Origin: an uncultured Methanosarcinales archaeon
GTDB lineage: Archaea; Nanobdellota; Nanobdellia; Woesearchaeales; CAIVOO01
NCBI GenBank assembly: GCA_964485195.1
Contig: CAZAIK010000002.1
Span: 76,972 to 140,971, forward strand
Length of the DNA: 64,000 nt
Direction of reading: 5' to 3'
Both the position numbers and the translations under genes were made by a program. Under the pieces are notes generated by a model. That model was given only the letters and a program-made list of their open reading frames with translations. It made no database searches and was not told where the DNA came from. Of this stretch, positions 38,146 through 48,131 are shown piece after piece. Within the stretch, counting starts at the first letter, position 1, and each line of letters begins with the position of its first letter.

Positions 38146-38739
38146 TTACCTCCTCTTTCCGCCTTCGTAAGAGCCAGACACGGTTTTTTTCCTCAGGACT
38201 GCCTGGTTTATGCCGTCGCTTCCTGTCAGGCTGGTGTATGATTTCAAAACACGGTTGATGGATTTACTGAATTCTTCAGGAGTCCATTCATACTCCTGCT
38301 GGGATGAATGGGAACAGGCAAGATAAACAGTTTTTATGAAATATGAAGGAACCTGCAATTTTCCTGCCAAGGACTTTCTTAAGCTCTCAATTGATTCTGC
38401 CCGCGGGTCGGGCATGACTGTGAAGAATTGTGAAAGGCACTCAAGCTGGGAATCTGGCTCGAAATCGTTGAACAGGCGAAACACGTACCTTGCGTTGTGC
38501 CTTGCTTCCTTCTCGCTCTTTTTCCTTTTGTTCAGCAGGAACCGCAGGCTTGACAGGAAAAAATCCTCGTCTTGCGTTAAAGTATTCTGCCCTGCCAGTT
38601 CGACCAACCTGTCATTTATATGGATTATCCTTCCATAGCCCAAGAGCAGTCTTTTCGCAGCATCGTCAGAATCAGCAAAAAGCTGGCTGTCTGTTTCAAT
38701 CCTTCTTTTCCAGGCATCTGAGAAATCCTCCAGTTTCAT
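38146..38739 (-). CDS. hypothetical protein
   Basis: 197-aa ORF, no domain recognised. Confidence 0.35.
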   Translation of the reverse strand: MKLEDFSDAWKRRIETDSQLFADSDDAAKRLLLGYGRIIHINDRLVELAGQNTLTQDEDFFLSSLRFLLNKRKKSEKEARHNARYVFRLFNDFEPDSQLECLSQFFTVMPDPRAESIESLRKSLAGKLQVPSYFIKTVYLACSHSSQQEYEWTPEEFSKSINRVLKSYTSLTGSDGINQAVLRKKTVSGSYEGGKRR

Positions 38740-38866
38740 CCCTTCCTGTCAAATGTTGATTATTTATAAAGTTTTCTGGAATTAACTATTTCTTGGTGGT
38801 GATGGTAAGTCTGCGGGAAGAACCCAAAGACGGGCAGTAAAAAGTTTATGGCTTGAGTAAAAACAT

Positions 38867-39169
38867 CAAAAGATCTTCTTAAAAACAATTGATTTTATTC
38901 CAGCAGGCCTTTTTTTATCTTCTATTTCTGCTACCCTTTCATATCCTGCTTTTTCATGCACCCTCGATGAGGCTTTATTGTTAGATGCAACATCTGTGTA
39001 AATCCCTTTGTATCCTTCTTTTTTTGCAAAATCTTCTGTTCTTACAAGTATTAAAGTACCATAACCCTTGCTTGTAACGCTAACACCAAAACCAAGGCAA
39101 TAAGCAAAGTTTTCTTTTTCCTCTGGAAAATTTGGCTTTTTATACTGTGCATAAGGCCCAAAAACAGAT
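38867..39169 (-). pseudogene. start-less C-terminal fragment of a GNAT acetyltransferase
   Basis: Open frame ...ENFAYCLGFGVSVTSKGYGTLILVRTEDFAKKEGYKGIYTDVASNNKASSRVHEKAGYE... (GNAT motifs A/B) with no start codon; bounded upstream by a stop ~60 nt from the tRNA-Met 3' end. Confidence 0.5.
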
Positions 39170-39231
39170 TATATTTATAAATATACTTATATTTTGAGCA
39201 GAAAACAGATTATTGGTGAATCTGCCGGTGG

Positions 39232-39361
39232 GGGGATTTGAACCCCCGACCCCGAGATTTCCTAGCTTCTTGTTTTAGTCATCGGCGTTTCCGCCTCAGC
39301 ACTCATATTGCTTATGAGTCTCGTGCTATAGGCCAGGCTAAGCTACACCGGCGTTGGTCTG
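39232..39361 (-). tRNA. tRNA-Met (anticodon CAT) with ~54-nt intron
   Basis: Minus strand: acceptor gccggtg/caccggc, T8A9, anticodon stem cgaga/tctcg, loop ctCATa, intron after position 37, T-arm ggggg-ttcaaat-ccccc; exact T-stem/acceptor boundary ambiguous. Confidence 0.65.
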
Positions 39362-39523
39362 CTTCTGGAAAGCTTGTTTTTAAAGGTTTCTTAAAGAAAT
39401 GATACCACCAACAAGTGATTAAATAAGAAAACTTTATAAACAGGAAATCATTAGCAAGCCCATGGACAGGAGAAGCTTGGAAGCAACAGCTTCACCAGGG
39501 GAAACAAGATAAACTTCAGGACA

Positions 39524-39781
39524 TTGCAGCTAGGAACAAGGATAGTGCCTGATGTTGAGAAAATAGGAACAATAACAAGAAGAAATTCTGCATTTGAAAT
39601 AACAAGGGAAGATTACAAATCAGAAAGGGCAGTTTACATAATGCCTGGAAAAGAATTAGTGTCAGGGGATATGCTTGAAGAAAATGATTTCAGATGCTTT
39701 ACCAGGGGGAACGAGAGTAGCAGTGAGAATGCCTTAAAACTTTCATTAGCTACATTTTTTGTTCCATTTCAGTCTGAATAG
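39524..39781 (+). CDS. small hypothetical protein
   Basis: 85-aa ORF; low confidence. Confidence 0.25.
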   Translation: MQLGTRIVPDVEKIGTITRRNSAFEITREDYKSERAVYIMPGKELVSGDMLEENDFRCFTRGNESSSENALKLSLATFFVPFQSE

Positions 39782-39799
39782 ACTTAAATAATTTGATAG

Positions 39800-39959
39800 C
39801 CACAGGCAGGTTAAGTCAAGTTAGTTGTGTAACTGTGTTAGCGCGCTCCGTTGGCATCGTGTTAAATGCTTCAGCGTCCGATTTATTTGGGACATGACAG
39901 GTTAACCGCAGACTACGCTTGGCGCTAACACAGGCAAGTTGACTTAACCCCACAGGCAG
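39800..39959. mobile_element. MITE-like element: 10-bp direct repeat (ccacaggcag) flanking imperfect terminal inverted repeats and a 12-bp internal stem
   Basis: ccacaggcag at 39800..39809 and 39950..39959. Left end ggttaagtcaag... and right end ...cttgacttaacc are reverse complements. Internal ctgtgttagcgc / gcgctaacacag perfect stem. Ends and a ttcag.g.cgat core are shared with elements at 3048..3198 and 31126..31240. Confidence 0.45.
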
Positions 39960-39993
39960 AACATTTATAAATTCAAAATCAGACTAATTAGTA

Positions 39994-41265
39994 ATGAAAG
40001 AAATAAAACTAGTTAAAGAGCTTGACGCAACTGTGGAAGCGCCTCCTTCAAAAGCCCATACCCTGAGGGCTTTGTTTATCGCAGCTCTGGCTAATGGGAA
40101 AAGCGTAATCAAAAATCCTTTAATCGCAGAGGACCAGGAATATGCGATTAAAGCTTTGAAGAAATTTGGAACCAGTGTCGAGACCAAAGATAATCTTATT
40201 GAGATTATTGGAACAGGAGGAAAACCGAAACTGCCTGACAAGGATGTCTTTGTTGGCAATTCCGGAGTGACTATGAGGTTTCTCGCGACTTTTGCAGCAC
40301 TTGCTCCTGAGGGGAAAGTAATCCTTGACGGGACTGAAAGGATGAGGAAGGGGAGGCCGATTCAGGATTTGCTTGATGCGTTAAAAAAAATAGGGGTTGA
40401 AGCTGTTTCAATAAAAAACAACGGCTGCCCTCCGATTGAAATAAAAACAGGCGGGATAAAGGGAGGAATAACCAGTCTAAAGGGCTCTAAAAGCTCGCAA
40501 TATTTCTCCTCGCTTCTCATAAGCGCGCCATATGCCAAAGGGGATGTTACAATAAAAATATTGGGGGAGATTTCAAGCAAGCCATACATAGATGTGACAA
40601 TTAATGTGATGGAAGAATTTGGTGTTGAAGTTGAAAATAAAAATTATGAAGAATTCTTTGTAAAATCCGGCCAGAGGTATGAAGCAAGGGAGTATTCTGT
40701 GGAAGGGGATTTCAGCAATGCAGCTTATTTCTTTGCCGCTGCAGCTGTTACTGGTGGGAGAGTAAGGGTCGTCAATGTAAATCCAGATTCAGCACAGGGA
40801 GACAGGTTCTTTGTTGACTGCCTGGATGAAATGGGCTGCGATATCAGGGAAGGTAAGAACTGGATTGAGGTAAAAGGTAATAAGTTAAAGCCGATAAAGA
40901 GGGATATGAATGATTATCCTGACATAGTGCAGCCCTTGGCTGTTGTTGCTGCTTTTGCAGAAGGAAAAAGCGAATTCACAAACATTGCCCATTTGAGATA
41001 TAAGGAATGCGATAGGCTGAAAGCGCCTGTAACAGAGCTAAAAAAGATGGGAATCAACGCAATTGATGCAGAAGACAGCCTTATTGTTGAAGGCGGCCAC
41101 CAGATGCACGGAGCTGAGATTGATACTTATAATGACCACAGGATGGCGATGAGTTTCGCAATAGCAGGACTAAAAATTCCAGGCATTAAAATAAAGAATC
41201 CAGAAGTTGTTAACAAGTCTTTTCCAGAGTTTTGGGGAAGATTAGAATCACTATATGGTGGTTAA
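39994..41265 (+). CDS. aroA: 3-phosphoshikimate 1-carboxyvinyltransferase (EPSP synthase)
   Basis: 423 aa; LRALFIAALANGKSVIKNPL, GNSGVTMRFL, DHRMAMSFAIAG motifs; TATA catttataaat 25-30 nt upstream. Confidence 0.9.
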   Translation: MKEIKLVKELDATVEAPPSKAHTLRALFIAALANGKSVIKNPLIAEDQEYAIKALKKFGTSVETKDNLIEIIGTGGKPKLPDKDVFVGNSGVTMRFLATFAALAPEGKVILDGTERMRKGRPIQDLLDALKKIGVEAVSIKNNGCPPIEIKTGGIKGGITSLKGSKSSQYFSSLLISAPYAKGDVTIKILGEISSKPYIDVTINVMEEFGVEVENKNYEEFFVKSGQRYEAREYSVEGDFSNAAYFFAAAAVTGGRVRVVNVNPDSAQGDRFFVDCLDEMGCDIREGKNWIEVKGNKLKPIKRDMNDYPDIVQPLAVVAAFAEGKSEFTNIAHLRYKECDRLKAPVTELKKMGINAIDAEDSLIVEGGHQMHGAEIDTYNDHRMAMSFAIAGLKIPGIKIKNPEVVNKSFPEFWGRLESLYGG

Positions 41266-41306
41266 AAACTCAAAAAGTTTATAAATATGGCTTCTTTAAT
41301 TAATCT

Positions 41307-41819
41307 GTGACTAACGAAAAGGAAGTCAGGAATTTCCTGAACAGAAAAATACCCTGCTTAGACCATTGCGGCCAGTGCGGTGTTTGTTGTCAAGCATTTG
41401 GCTATAAGGGACCTGTAATCCACGAGGATGAAAAGGCTTCAGTAATACAATCGCTTGAAAATATGGGCCTTGCTGGTATTGCTCAGTATGTCAAGGAAAA
41501 TGGAGAAATACCTGCCCATGAAGGCAAGCTGGTAGCAAGGGCGTGCAAGCTTCTGGATGAAGATAACAATTGCCTTCTTCACGATACAGCAAAGCCAAAA
41601 GAATGCGTTGAATCACCAAATTTCATCATCATCAGGGAAAACAACATTGTTTTACAGGCAGACATATATCCTGGAAAATGCCGAGAATGTATGTCAGAAA
41701 TAGATTTAGAAAGGGCAATAGATTCATTAAAAGATGAATTTGAGGAGGCATTCAGAAAACCATTACAATTAAGGATAAATTATCCAATTGAGAATAGATG
41801 CAAGCGTTATTATGATTAA
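41307..41819 (+). CDS. YkgJ/UPF0153-family putative Fe-S or zinc-binding protein (second paralog)
   Basis: 170 aa; CLDHCGQCGVCC plus CxxxxC...C. Confidence 0.5.
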   Translation: MTNEKEVRNFLNRKIPCLDHCGQCGVCCQAFGYKGPVIHEDEKASVIQSLENMGLAGIAQYVKENGEIPAHEGKLVARACKLLDEDNNCLLHDTAKPKECVESPNFIIIRENNIVLQADIYPGKCRECMSEIDLERAIDSLKDEFEEAFRKPLQLRINYPIENRCKRYYD

Positions 41820-42223
41820 AGATTTCCCCTTATTCTCTTAGCGATCTCTTCCATCTGGCCTTCCTCGTACTCGCCCTGCCTGAACAGGTGATGGCCGTCT
41901 CCTTCGAATCTTGGGATTATGTGTATGTGAAGGTGAGGAACCACCTGCCCGGAAACCTTCCCCACGTTTACCTGCAGGTTAAAGCCTTCGGCGTCAACTG
42001 CTTTCAGGACGGCAGAGGCTATCTTCTTGGCGTCGTTGAGCATCCCGTCCAAAACCTCGTTTGGAGTGCTCATCAGGTCCTCGTAGTGCTCTTTTGGAAT
42101 CACCAGAGTATGGCCGGGGTTTGCGGGCATTATGTCAAGAAAGGCAACATACTTGGAGTCCTCGTAGACCTTCTCAGAAGGGATCTCCCCTTTCACTATC
42201 CTGCAGAATATGCACTCATCCAT
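41816..42223 (-). CDS. HIT-family (histidine triad) nucleotide hydrolase
   Basis: Start at MDECIFCRIVKGEIP (ATG 42223); HIT motif VVPHLHIHIIPR; longer upstream ORF extension judged not coding. Confidence 0.8.
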   Translation of the reverse strand: MDECIFCRIVKGEIPSEKVYEDSKYVAFLDIMPANPGHTLVIPKEHYEDLMSTPNEVLDGMLNDAKKIASAVLKAVDAEGFNLQVNVGKVSGQVVPHLHIHIIPRFEGDGHHLFRQGEYEEGQMEEIAKRIRGNL

Positions 42224-42275
42224 GTCCTGCTTCTCTGCATGAAAGTATTTAAATGTTTTGCGATTACCCTGAGAT

Positions 42276-42674
42276 ATGGCAGACAACAAAGTGGCTTTGA
42301 TAGCATTGCTGGAAGGGAGCAAGATACTTGTCCAGGAGAGGAAGGACAGGAGCAAGTTCGGTGAGGAGTGGGCTTTCTTCGGGGGCAGCGTGGAAGAAGG
42401 GGAGACTCCGGAACAGGCGGTAAGGAGGGAAGTAAAGGAGGAACTTGGCTATGACCTGAAAAGCTTTGATTTCTTCAAAAAATACATCCATCAGATGAAG
42501 CCCAGCTGGGTTTCTGAGAAAACAATGTTCACTGCGGAATTCCCGGGTTTTGAGAAGGTAAGGCTTCTGGAAGGTTCTGGGATGAAGCTTGCCTCCCTGC
42601 AAACAGCGAAAAAAATAAAGATGATGCCAGGTGATGAAGAGATAATTAATGACTTGATAAAGCTGAGAAATTGA
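42276..42674 (+). CDS. Nudix hydrolase
   Basis: 132 aa; Nudix box GGSVEEGETPEQAVRREVKEELGYD. Confidence 0.7.
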   Translation: MADNKVALIALLEGSKILVQERKDRSKFGEEWAFFGGSVEEGETPEQAVRREVKEELGYDLKSFDFFKKYIHQMKPSWVSEKTMFTAEFPGFEKVRLLEGSGMKLASLQTAKKIKMMPGDEEIINDLIKLRN

Positions 42675-42738
42675 AAACCTAAATTTAAAACAATGTTAAA
42701 CAAATAACTTTAAAAACAAAAAAGTAAATTGTTCTTGA

Positions 42739-43716
42739 ATGACCTGGTTTTTATCATTGATCCTGCTTGTGGCCGGCTTCATCCTTCTTAAAAAGGGGGC
42801 TGACTGGCTTATTGAACATTCCTCTTCAATCGCAAGGAGGTGGGGGATTCCTGCATTAATAGTCGGCCTTACAGTGGTGGCTTTCGGCACCTCCCTCCCC
42901 GAGCTTGCAGTCAGCCTTTTTGGGGCCTTATTCGGCTCTCCTGACATTTCAGTGGGAACAGTAGTCGGTTCCAACATTATGAACATTGCTTTGATACTCG
43001 GGCTGACAGCTGCCATAGCCCCTCTTGCAATTAAGGAAAGAACCCTCATTTACGAGTTTCCCTTCGTCATCGTCTCAGCATTGTTCCTGCTAATCCTGTC
43101 AAACGATAACAACATCTTCGGCATTAACACCTTCACCCTGGGAAGGTTTGACGGGACCGTGCTGTTACTGGTGTTCGCAATATTTTTCATTTACATTTAC
43201 TCCTTTTACAAGAACAGGAACACAGAGGCAAAAAAGGAGTTTGAGATGGAGTACAAGAAGATAGGGAAGCTGTGGCACAATTTTGTGTTCATACTTCTGG
43301 GGATCGTGGCTCTTTTCGTGGGCGGAAGAATCCTTGTCTTCTCAGCTGTTGACATAGCAACAATCATGGGGTTGAGCGAGAAGGTCATAGGCCTTACCAT
43401 AGTGGCGCTGGGAACTTCGCTCCCTGAACTGTTCACCAGCATAACAGCAATGCTCAAGCAGGAAAGCGGGATAGCTGTGGGCAACATCATAGGAAGCAAC
43501 ATCTTCAACATCCTCTGGGTTATAGGGTTGGTGGCTGTCATCAAGCCTCTCTCTGTCAATCCGCAGATAGTATATTTTGACATGGTCATAATGCTTGTTT
43601 TCTCCCTCTTGCTTGTGCTGTTCGCAACCACCGGAAAGAAGCTTGTGAGGTGGGAGGGGGCGGCATTCCTGGCAGGCTATGTTGCTTACGTTGCTTACCT
43701 GTTCATCCTGAAATAA
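42739..43716 (+). CDS. Na+/Ca2+ exchanger family (CaCA) membrane protein, second paralog
   Basis: 325 aa; alpha-repeats GTSLPELAVSLFGAL and GTSLPELFTSITAM. Confidence 0.75.
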   Translation: MTWFLSLILLVAGFILLKKGADWLIEHSSSIARRWGIPALIVGLTVVAFGTSLPELAVSLFGALFGSPDISVGTVVGSNIMNIALILGLTAAIAPLAIKERTLIYEFPFVIVSALFLLILSNDNNIFGINTFTLGRFDGTVLLLVFAIFFIYIYSFYKNRNTEAKKEFEMEYKKIGKLWHNFVFILLGIVALFVGGRILVFSAVDIATIMGLSEKVIGLTIVALGTSLPELFTSITAMLKQESGIAVGNIIGSNIFNILWVIGLVAVIKPLSVNPQIVYFDMVIMLVFSLLLVLFATTGKKLVRWEGAAFLAGYVAYVAYLFILK

Positions 43717-43749
43717 TCCCTTGAGAATTCATTAAGAATAATATAAAAA

Positions 43750-45927
43750 TCATTGATTCTCAGCAAGCCCTTTCCTGCTTCTTATCTGCTGGATTATCTT
43801 CAGCTGCTGCTCCTCGGGAAGCTTTTCAAAGGACTGGTCTATCATGAAGAATACTCCCCTTCCCTCTGTTGCAGACCTCAGGTCAGAGGTAAGCCCGAAC
43901 ATCTCTGCAACGGGAAGCTTTGCCTTCACAGTGACAGTCTCGCCTTCCTGCTGCATATCAAGCAGCTGCCCTCTCTTGTTCTGCACCAGCTTGGAAATCT
44001 CCCCCATATAATCAGAGGGAGCTTCAATCAGCAATGTCTGCAGGGGCTCGAAAATCATTGGATTGGCATTTGCAAAGGCTTCCCTGATTCCGTCCCTCAC
44101 TGCGGGGATTACCTGGGCAGGCCCCCTGTGGATTGCGTCCTCGTGAAGCTTGATGTCAACAAGGGATACCTTTACCTTTGTGCACGGCTCCCTCGCAAGG
44201 GGGCCCTGCCTCATAACCTCTTCAAAGGCGTCCATTACCATCTCTATGACTTCCCCGATATGGACTTCTCCCTTGGTCATGTCCAAAAGGACGTTTCCGT
44301 TGAAGATGTCCCTCACGTTTCTTGACTCCTTGTTGGACATTCCGTTCTTCTCAAGCGCCTGCCACAATTCGTTGTCCTTTCTCTTCACCCTCATCTCGGA
44401 AATCTCCCCTTTCTTTATTGCCTGGTAGGCATCCTCTTCCAGGGGCTCAACAACAAAGTAGAACTTGTTGTGCTTGTTGGGTGATTTTCCCTCTGAAGAG
44501 GAAGGTGTTTTCCTGGTGACAGTTTCCCTGTAAACAACTATGGGCGGGCTGGTCTGAACCTCAATGTGCTTCTCTGTCTTGATCCTGTTCTCAACAACCT
44601 CAAGATGCAGCTCTCCCATCCCGTGCATTAAGTGCTCTCCTGTCTCCTCGTTAATCTCTATTATTATTGTGGGGTCTTCCTTGTGCACAGCCCTAAGGAC
44701 TTCGACCAGCTTGGGAAGGTCCTGGGGCTTCTTGGCCTCTATTGCCTTGGTCACGACCGGCTCGAAAATGTGGGTTATCTGCTCAAAGGGCTCAACCGGC
44801 TCCAGTGAAACTGTCTCTCCGGGCAGGCTGTTCTTCAAACCCACAACTCCTATTATGTTTCCTGAAGGGGCATTCTCTATTAGCTCCCTTTTTGCCCCGT
44901 TGTAGACACTTACTTGCTGAATTCTCACTGACTGCTTTGCCCTGTTCATATAGACGGTCTCTCCCTTTCTCACAGTGCCTGAGAAAACACGCCCCGCGCT
45001 TACCTCTCCTGCGTGAGGGTCCATAACTATCTTTATGACGACAAAGGCCAGGGGTCCTGAAGGGTCGCACTCCATCAGCGCCTTCCCCTCCCTGCTTTCC
45101 AAATCACCTTTCCAGATTTTGGGAATCCTGTACTTCTGAGCATCGTCAGGGTTTGGATGGTGCCTTATTGCCATGTTCAGCACAACCCTGTGGAGGGGTG
45201 CCTTTTTTGCCATGGCCTTGATCATAGTCTCATCCCCTGAGGCGTAGCTGTCTATGATGTCCTTGAATGTTATGCCGTGCTTCTGCATAAACGGAGCTGA
45301 AAGCGCCCAGTTGGTATAGGCAGAGCCGAAGGCAACACTTCCGTCCTCGACCTTCACCTTCCACTTTTGCTTGTAATCCTCCTCGGCAATCTGCTCAATC
45401 AGCTGATTGACGTGCGCGATTATCCTGGTAAAGCGTTCCTGCATTGCCTCGGGAGTTAGCTGCAGCTCCTTTATGAGCCGGTCAACCTTGTTGATGAAAA
45501 GAACAGGCTTTACCCTTTCCTTCAATGCCTGCCTGAGCACTGTCTCTGTCTGGGGCATAACCCCCTCAACAGCGTCCACAAGGACTATTGTTCCGTCAAC
45601 AGCCCTCATAGCCCTGGTAACGTCCCCGCCGAAGTCAACGTGGCCGGGAGTGTCTATAAGATTAATCAAATATTCCTCTCCTTCAAAATCGTGAACCATT
45701 GAGACATTGGCAGAGTCAATTGTGATTCCCCTGCTCTGCTCATCCTCGTGAAAGTCAAGCACGCAGGCCTTTCCTGCCAGGTCCTCTGACATCATCCCAG
45801 CCCCTGCCAGGAGATTGTCGGAAAATGTCGTCTTCCCGTGGTCAATGTGGGCAGAGGTGCAGATATTCCTTATCCTGTCCTTCTTGGCCATCAACCTGAA
45901 AACCTTTTCAACCATCTTTTCAGCCAT
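43750..45927 (-). CDS. fusA: translation elongation factor 2 (aEF-2)
   Basis: 725 aa; AHIDHGKTT, DTPGHVDF, NKVDR; diphthamide-region GRGVFF... Confidence 0.95.
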   Translation of the reverse strand: MAEKMVEKVFRLMAKKDRIRNICTSAHIDHGKTTFSDNLLAGAGMMSEDLAGKACVLDFHEDEQSRGITIDSANVSMVHDFEGEEYLINLIDTPGHVDFGGDVTRAMRAVDGTIVLVDAVEGVMPQTETVLRQALKERVKPVLFINKVDRLIKELQLTPEAMQERFTRIIAHVNQLIEQIAEEDYKQKWKVKVEDGSVAFGSAYTNWALSAPFMQKHGITFKDIIDSYASGDETMIKAMAKKAPLHRVVLNMAIRHHPNPDDAQKYRIPKIWKGDLESREGKALMECDPSGPLAFVVIKIVMDPHAGEVSAGRVFSGTVRKGETVYMNRAKQSVRIQQVSVYNGAKRELIENAPSGNIIGVVGLKNSLPGETVSLEPVEPFEQITHIFEPVVTKAIEAKKPQDLPKLVEVLRAVHKEDPTIIIEINEETGEHLMHGMGELHLEVVENRIKTEKHIEVQTSPPIVVYRETVTRKTPSSSEGKSPNKHNKFYFVVEPLEEDAYQAIKKGEISEMRVKRKDNELWQALEKNGMSNKESRNVRDIFNGNVLLDMTKGEVHIGEVIEMVMDAFEEVMRQGPLAREPCTKVKVSLVDIKLHEDAIHRGPAQVIPAVRDGIREAFANANPMIFEPLQTLLIEAPSDYMGEISKLVQNKRGQLLDMQQEGETVTVKAKLPVAEMFGLTSDLRSATEGRGVFFMIDQSFEKLPEEQQLKIIQQIRSRKGLAENQ

Positions 45928-45929
45928 AA

Positions 45930-46592
45930 TTAGTCACCCTTTAATTTGTCCAAAACCTTTCTGCAGTCGTCAATGACGTGGAACTCCGGATGGTTCACGT
46001 CAAGATTGGCATCAATCTCCACCAGCAGGCCCCTGCTCTTGTAAAAGTCAATCACCGGCTGTATCTCCCTGTAGTAAATGTCCAACCTTTCCTTTGCAGC
46101 TTCTGGTTTATCGTCATCTCTCTGATAAAGCTCGCCATCGCACTTGTCGCAAATACCTTCAACTTTAGGGACTATATTTGTTTTATGATAAATGGTTCCG
46201 CATTCTCCGCAGATCATCCTTCCTGTTCTTCTCCTAATAAGTGTCTCTTCATTCGCAACAAAGTTAAGCACAGCATCAATTTTAACTATTCCTTCAAGCG
46301 CCTCTGCCTGGGAAACAGTCCTTGGAAATCCGTCAAGGAAAAAACCTTTTTCACAGTCCTCTTCCTGCAATCTCTCCCTTAGCATGTCAATTGTTATCTC
46401 ATCCGGCACTAACTTGCCCTTGTCCATATACTCCTTTGCCTTTTTTCCCAGCTCAGTTCCCTTTTTTATGTTCTCCCTGAACAAATCCCCAGTTGAAATG
46501 TGGGCTGTTGGATAGCCAGGAATCTTTGTCAAATACTTTGAAGCATAAGTTCCCTTTCCCGTGTTTGGCGCTCCCAATAAAACAACCTTCAT
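45930..46592 (-). CDS. adk: adenylate kinase, long (bacterial-type) form with zinc-binding LID
   Basis: 220 aa; GAPNTGKGT P-loop; LID CGECG...CDKCDG. Confidence 0.85.
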   Translation of the reverse strand: MKVVLLGAPNTGKGTYASKYLTKIPGYPTAHISTGDLFRENIKKGTELGKKAKEYMDKGKLVPDEITIDMLRERLQEEDCEKGFFLDGFPRTVSQAEALEGIVKIDAVLNFVANEETLIRRRTGRMICGECGTIYHKTNIVPKVEGICDKCDGELYQRDDDKPEAAKERLDIYYREIQPVIDFYKSRGLLVEIDANLDVNHPEFHVIDDCRKVLDKLKGD

Positions 46593-47161
46593 TTTAAGTT
46601 TCCTTTCCTGTAATGGATTTTTTCATCAGCCCTTTCATATGAGTGTATTTCCTCGGGCTTGAACCAGATGCTTATTTCCTTTTTCGCATCCTCCAAATCG
46701 CCGCTTGCGTGGATTATGGTGAGTATGGGCCTGTCAGAAACATTTGCCAGCGCATAGGTGTCGTGGGAGTAATCCCCCCTTATAGTTCCCGGGTTTGCCT
46801 CCTCCACATTGGTAGGCCCGCAAATCTTCCTCACGACATTCACAGCGTTGTGCCCTTCAAGCACCATAGCAATGACAGGCAGTAACATCATGTCCTTAAC
46901 AAGCCCTTCAACAATCTCCCTCCCGGCCTTCTTGGGGTCGGTGTCTTCAGGGTATCCCTTGTTTTTTATCAATCCCTTGCCTTTTTCTATAAGCCATTCG
47001 TCATCCTTGTAATAATGCTCCTCAAGCTGCTCCCTTGAGGCGAAAAGCAGTTTCATGGCAACAATCTTCAGGCCAACCTTTTCAAACCTTGAGATGATCT
47101 CGCCCACAATGCCCCTTGAAACAGCGTCGGGCTTTAGCACAACAAGAGTTCTCTCAATCAT
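46589..47161 (-). CDS. ndk: nucleoside diphosphate kinase (with internal insertion)
   Basis: Start [14 protein letters not shown] (ATG 47161, 4-nt overlap with L24e); NDK motifs [22 protein letters not shown]-like TIIHASGD. Longer ORF extension overlaps L24e and is rejected. Confidence 0.85.
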   Translation of the reverse strand: MIERTLVVLKPDAVSRGIVGEIISRFEKVGLKIVAMKLLFASREQLEEHYYKDDEWLIEKGKGLIKNKGYPEDTDPKKAGREIVEGLVKDMMLLPVIAMVLEGHNAVNVVRKICGPTNVEEANPGTIRGDYSHDTYALANVSDRPILTIIHASGDLEDAKKEISIWFKPEEIHSYERADEKIHYRKGNLK

Positions 47162-47346
47162 TTCCTGGCACCCTTCTTTATTCTTCTTGCTTCCTGGGTC
47201 CACTTGACATTCCTGGGAACCCTTTTCAGCTTGAAGAGATTCTTCTCGCACTTGTTTGAGCAGAAATGGAACAGCTTGCCGTCGTTCTTGGCAAACAGCT
47301 TTCCAGTTCCCTTCTCTATGTCGTTTCCGCAAAAGCTGCACTTCAT
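47158..47346 (-). CDS. rpl24e: ribosomal protein eL24
   Basis: 62 aa; zinc-ribbon [13 protein letters not shown]...FCSNKC. Confidence 0.85.
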   Translation of the reverse strand: MKCSFCGNDIEKGTGKLFAKNDGKLFHFCSNKCEKNLFKLKRVPRNVKWTQEARRIKKGARK

Positions 47347-47350
47347 TCTT

Positions 47351-47626
47351 TCACCTTCTGCCTGACCTGCTCAAGGGCCTGGCCTCAATCTCTGTTTCCC
47401 TGAGCATCAGCATGTCCCCCTTTTTCACGGGGCCCTTGCAGTTCCTTCTTATGATCTTGTTGGCGTCCCTTCCTTCAAGGATTTTCACCCTTACCTGGAC
47501 TGCCTCCCCTCTCGTTCCTGTCCTGCCTATTATTTCCTCAACCCTTGCAGGGGTTGCTGAGGAGAACTGCACTCCTTTAACTGCTGCTTCCTCTTTCCTC
47601 CCGTCCTTTCCCATATTTCTGGCCAT
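47351..47626 (-). CDS. rps28e: ribosomal protein eS28
   Basis: 91 aa from MARNMG...; conserved core [29 protein letters not shown]...[25 protein letters not shown]. Confidence 0.85.
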   Translation of the reverse strand: MARNMGKDGRKEEAAVKGVQFSSATPARVEEIIGRTGTRGEAVQVRVKILEGRDANKIIRRNCKGPVKKGDMLMLRETEIEARPLSRSGRR

Positions 47627-47634
47627 TTTTTCAC

Positions 47635-47964
47635 CTACTTGAGAGCAGCCTTGATTTCCTTGATCTGGTTCTTTGCATCCCCTTCCTTGACAATTGCCAC
47701 GCTCGCAGTGGGAGTGCCTATTCCTGCAGCTATTCCCAACTCCTCTTTCGTGGGAACTTCCACGCAGGGAATTTCCTTCTCCTTGCACAGTATCGGAAGA
47801 TGCATTATAATCTCAGGAGGGCTGGTGTCCTTTGCCACAGCAACCAGCAATGCCTGGCCTTTCTCCACGCTCTTGGTCACTTCATTAGTGCCCTTCCTCA
47901 GCTTTCCCCCTGACTTCCTGGCTGCTTCTATCGCTTCAAAAACCTTTTCTGCTAAATCCGCCAT
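47635..47964 (-). CDS. rpl7ae: ribosomal protein eL8/L7Ae (K-turn binding)
   Basis: Start MADLAEKV; L7Ae motifs [43 protein letters not shown]. Confidence 0.9.
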   Translation of the reverse strand: MADLAEKVFEAIEAARKSGGKLRKGTNEVTKSVEKGQALLVAVAKDTSPPEIIMHLPILCKEKEIPCVEVPTKEELGIAAGIGTPTASVAIVKEGDAKNQIKEIKAALK

Positions 47965-48131
47965 TTTGCACCTCAACTTGTTTGTAATAATGAGAATTTT
48001 TCAATCCTCATTCAGGCCGTAGCCGTCATAAATCATTGGTAAGTAAAAGGAGAAAGCAGGGTATTTATAAAGGTTTTGTTGGGTAATATATAATAAGAAA
48101 GTTTATAAAATATCTTGTTGCTTTAAAATCA

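Noticed and set aside
46589-47341. Long N-terminal extensions on ndk (and likewise S28e 47351..47788, L7Ae 47635..47976, HIT 41816..42355)
   Set aside because: The extensions overlap neighbouring genes or lack similarity to the respective families; internal Met starts give canonical protein lengths with 4-nt overlaps or RBS
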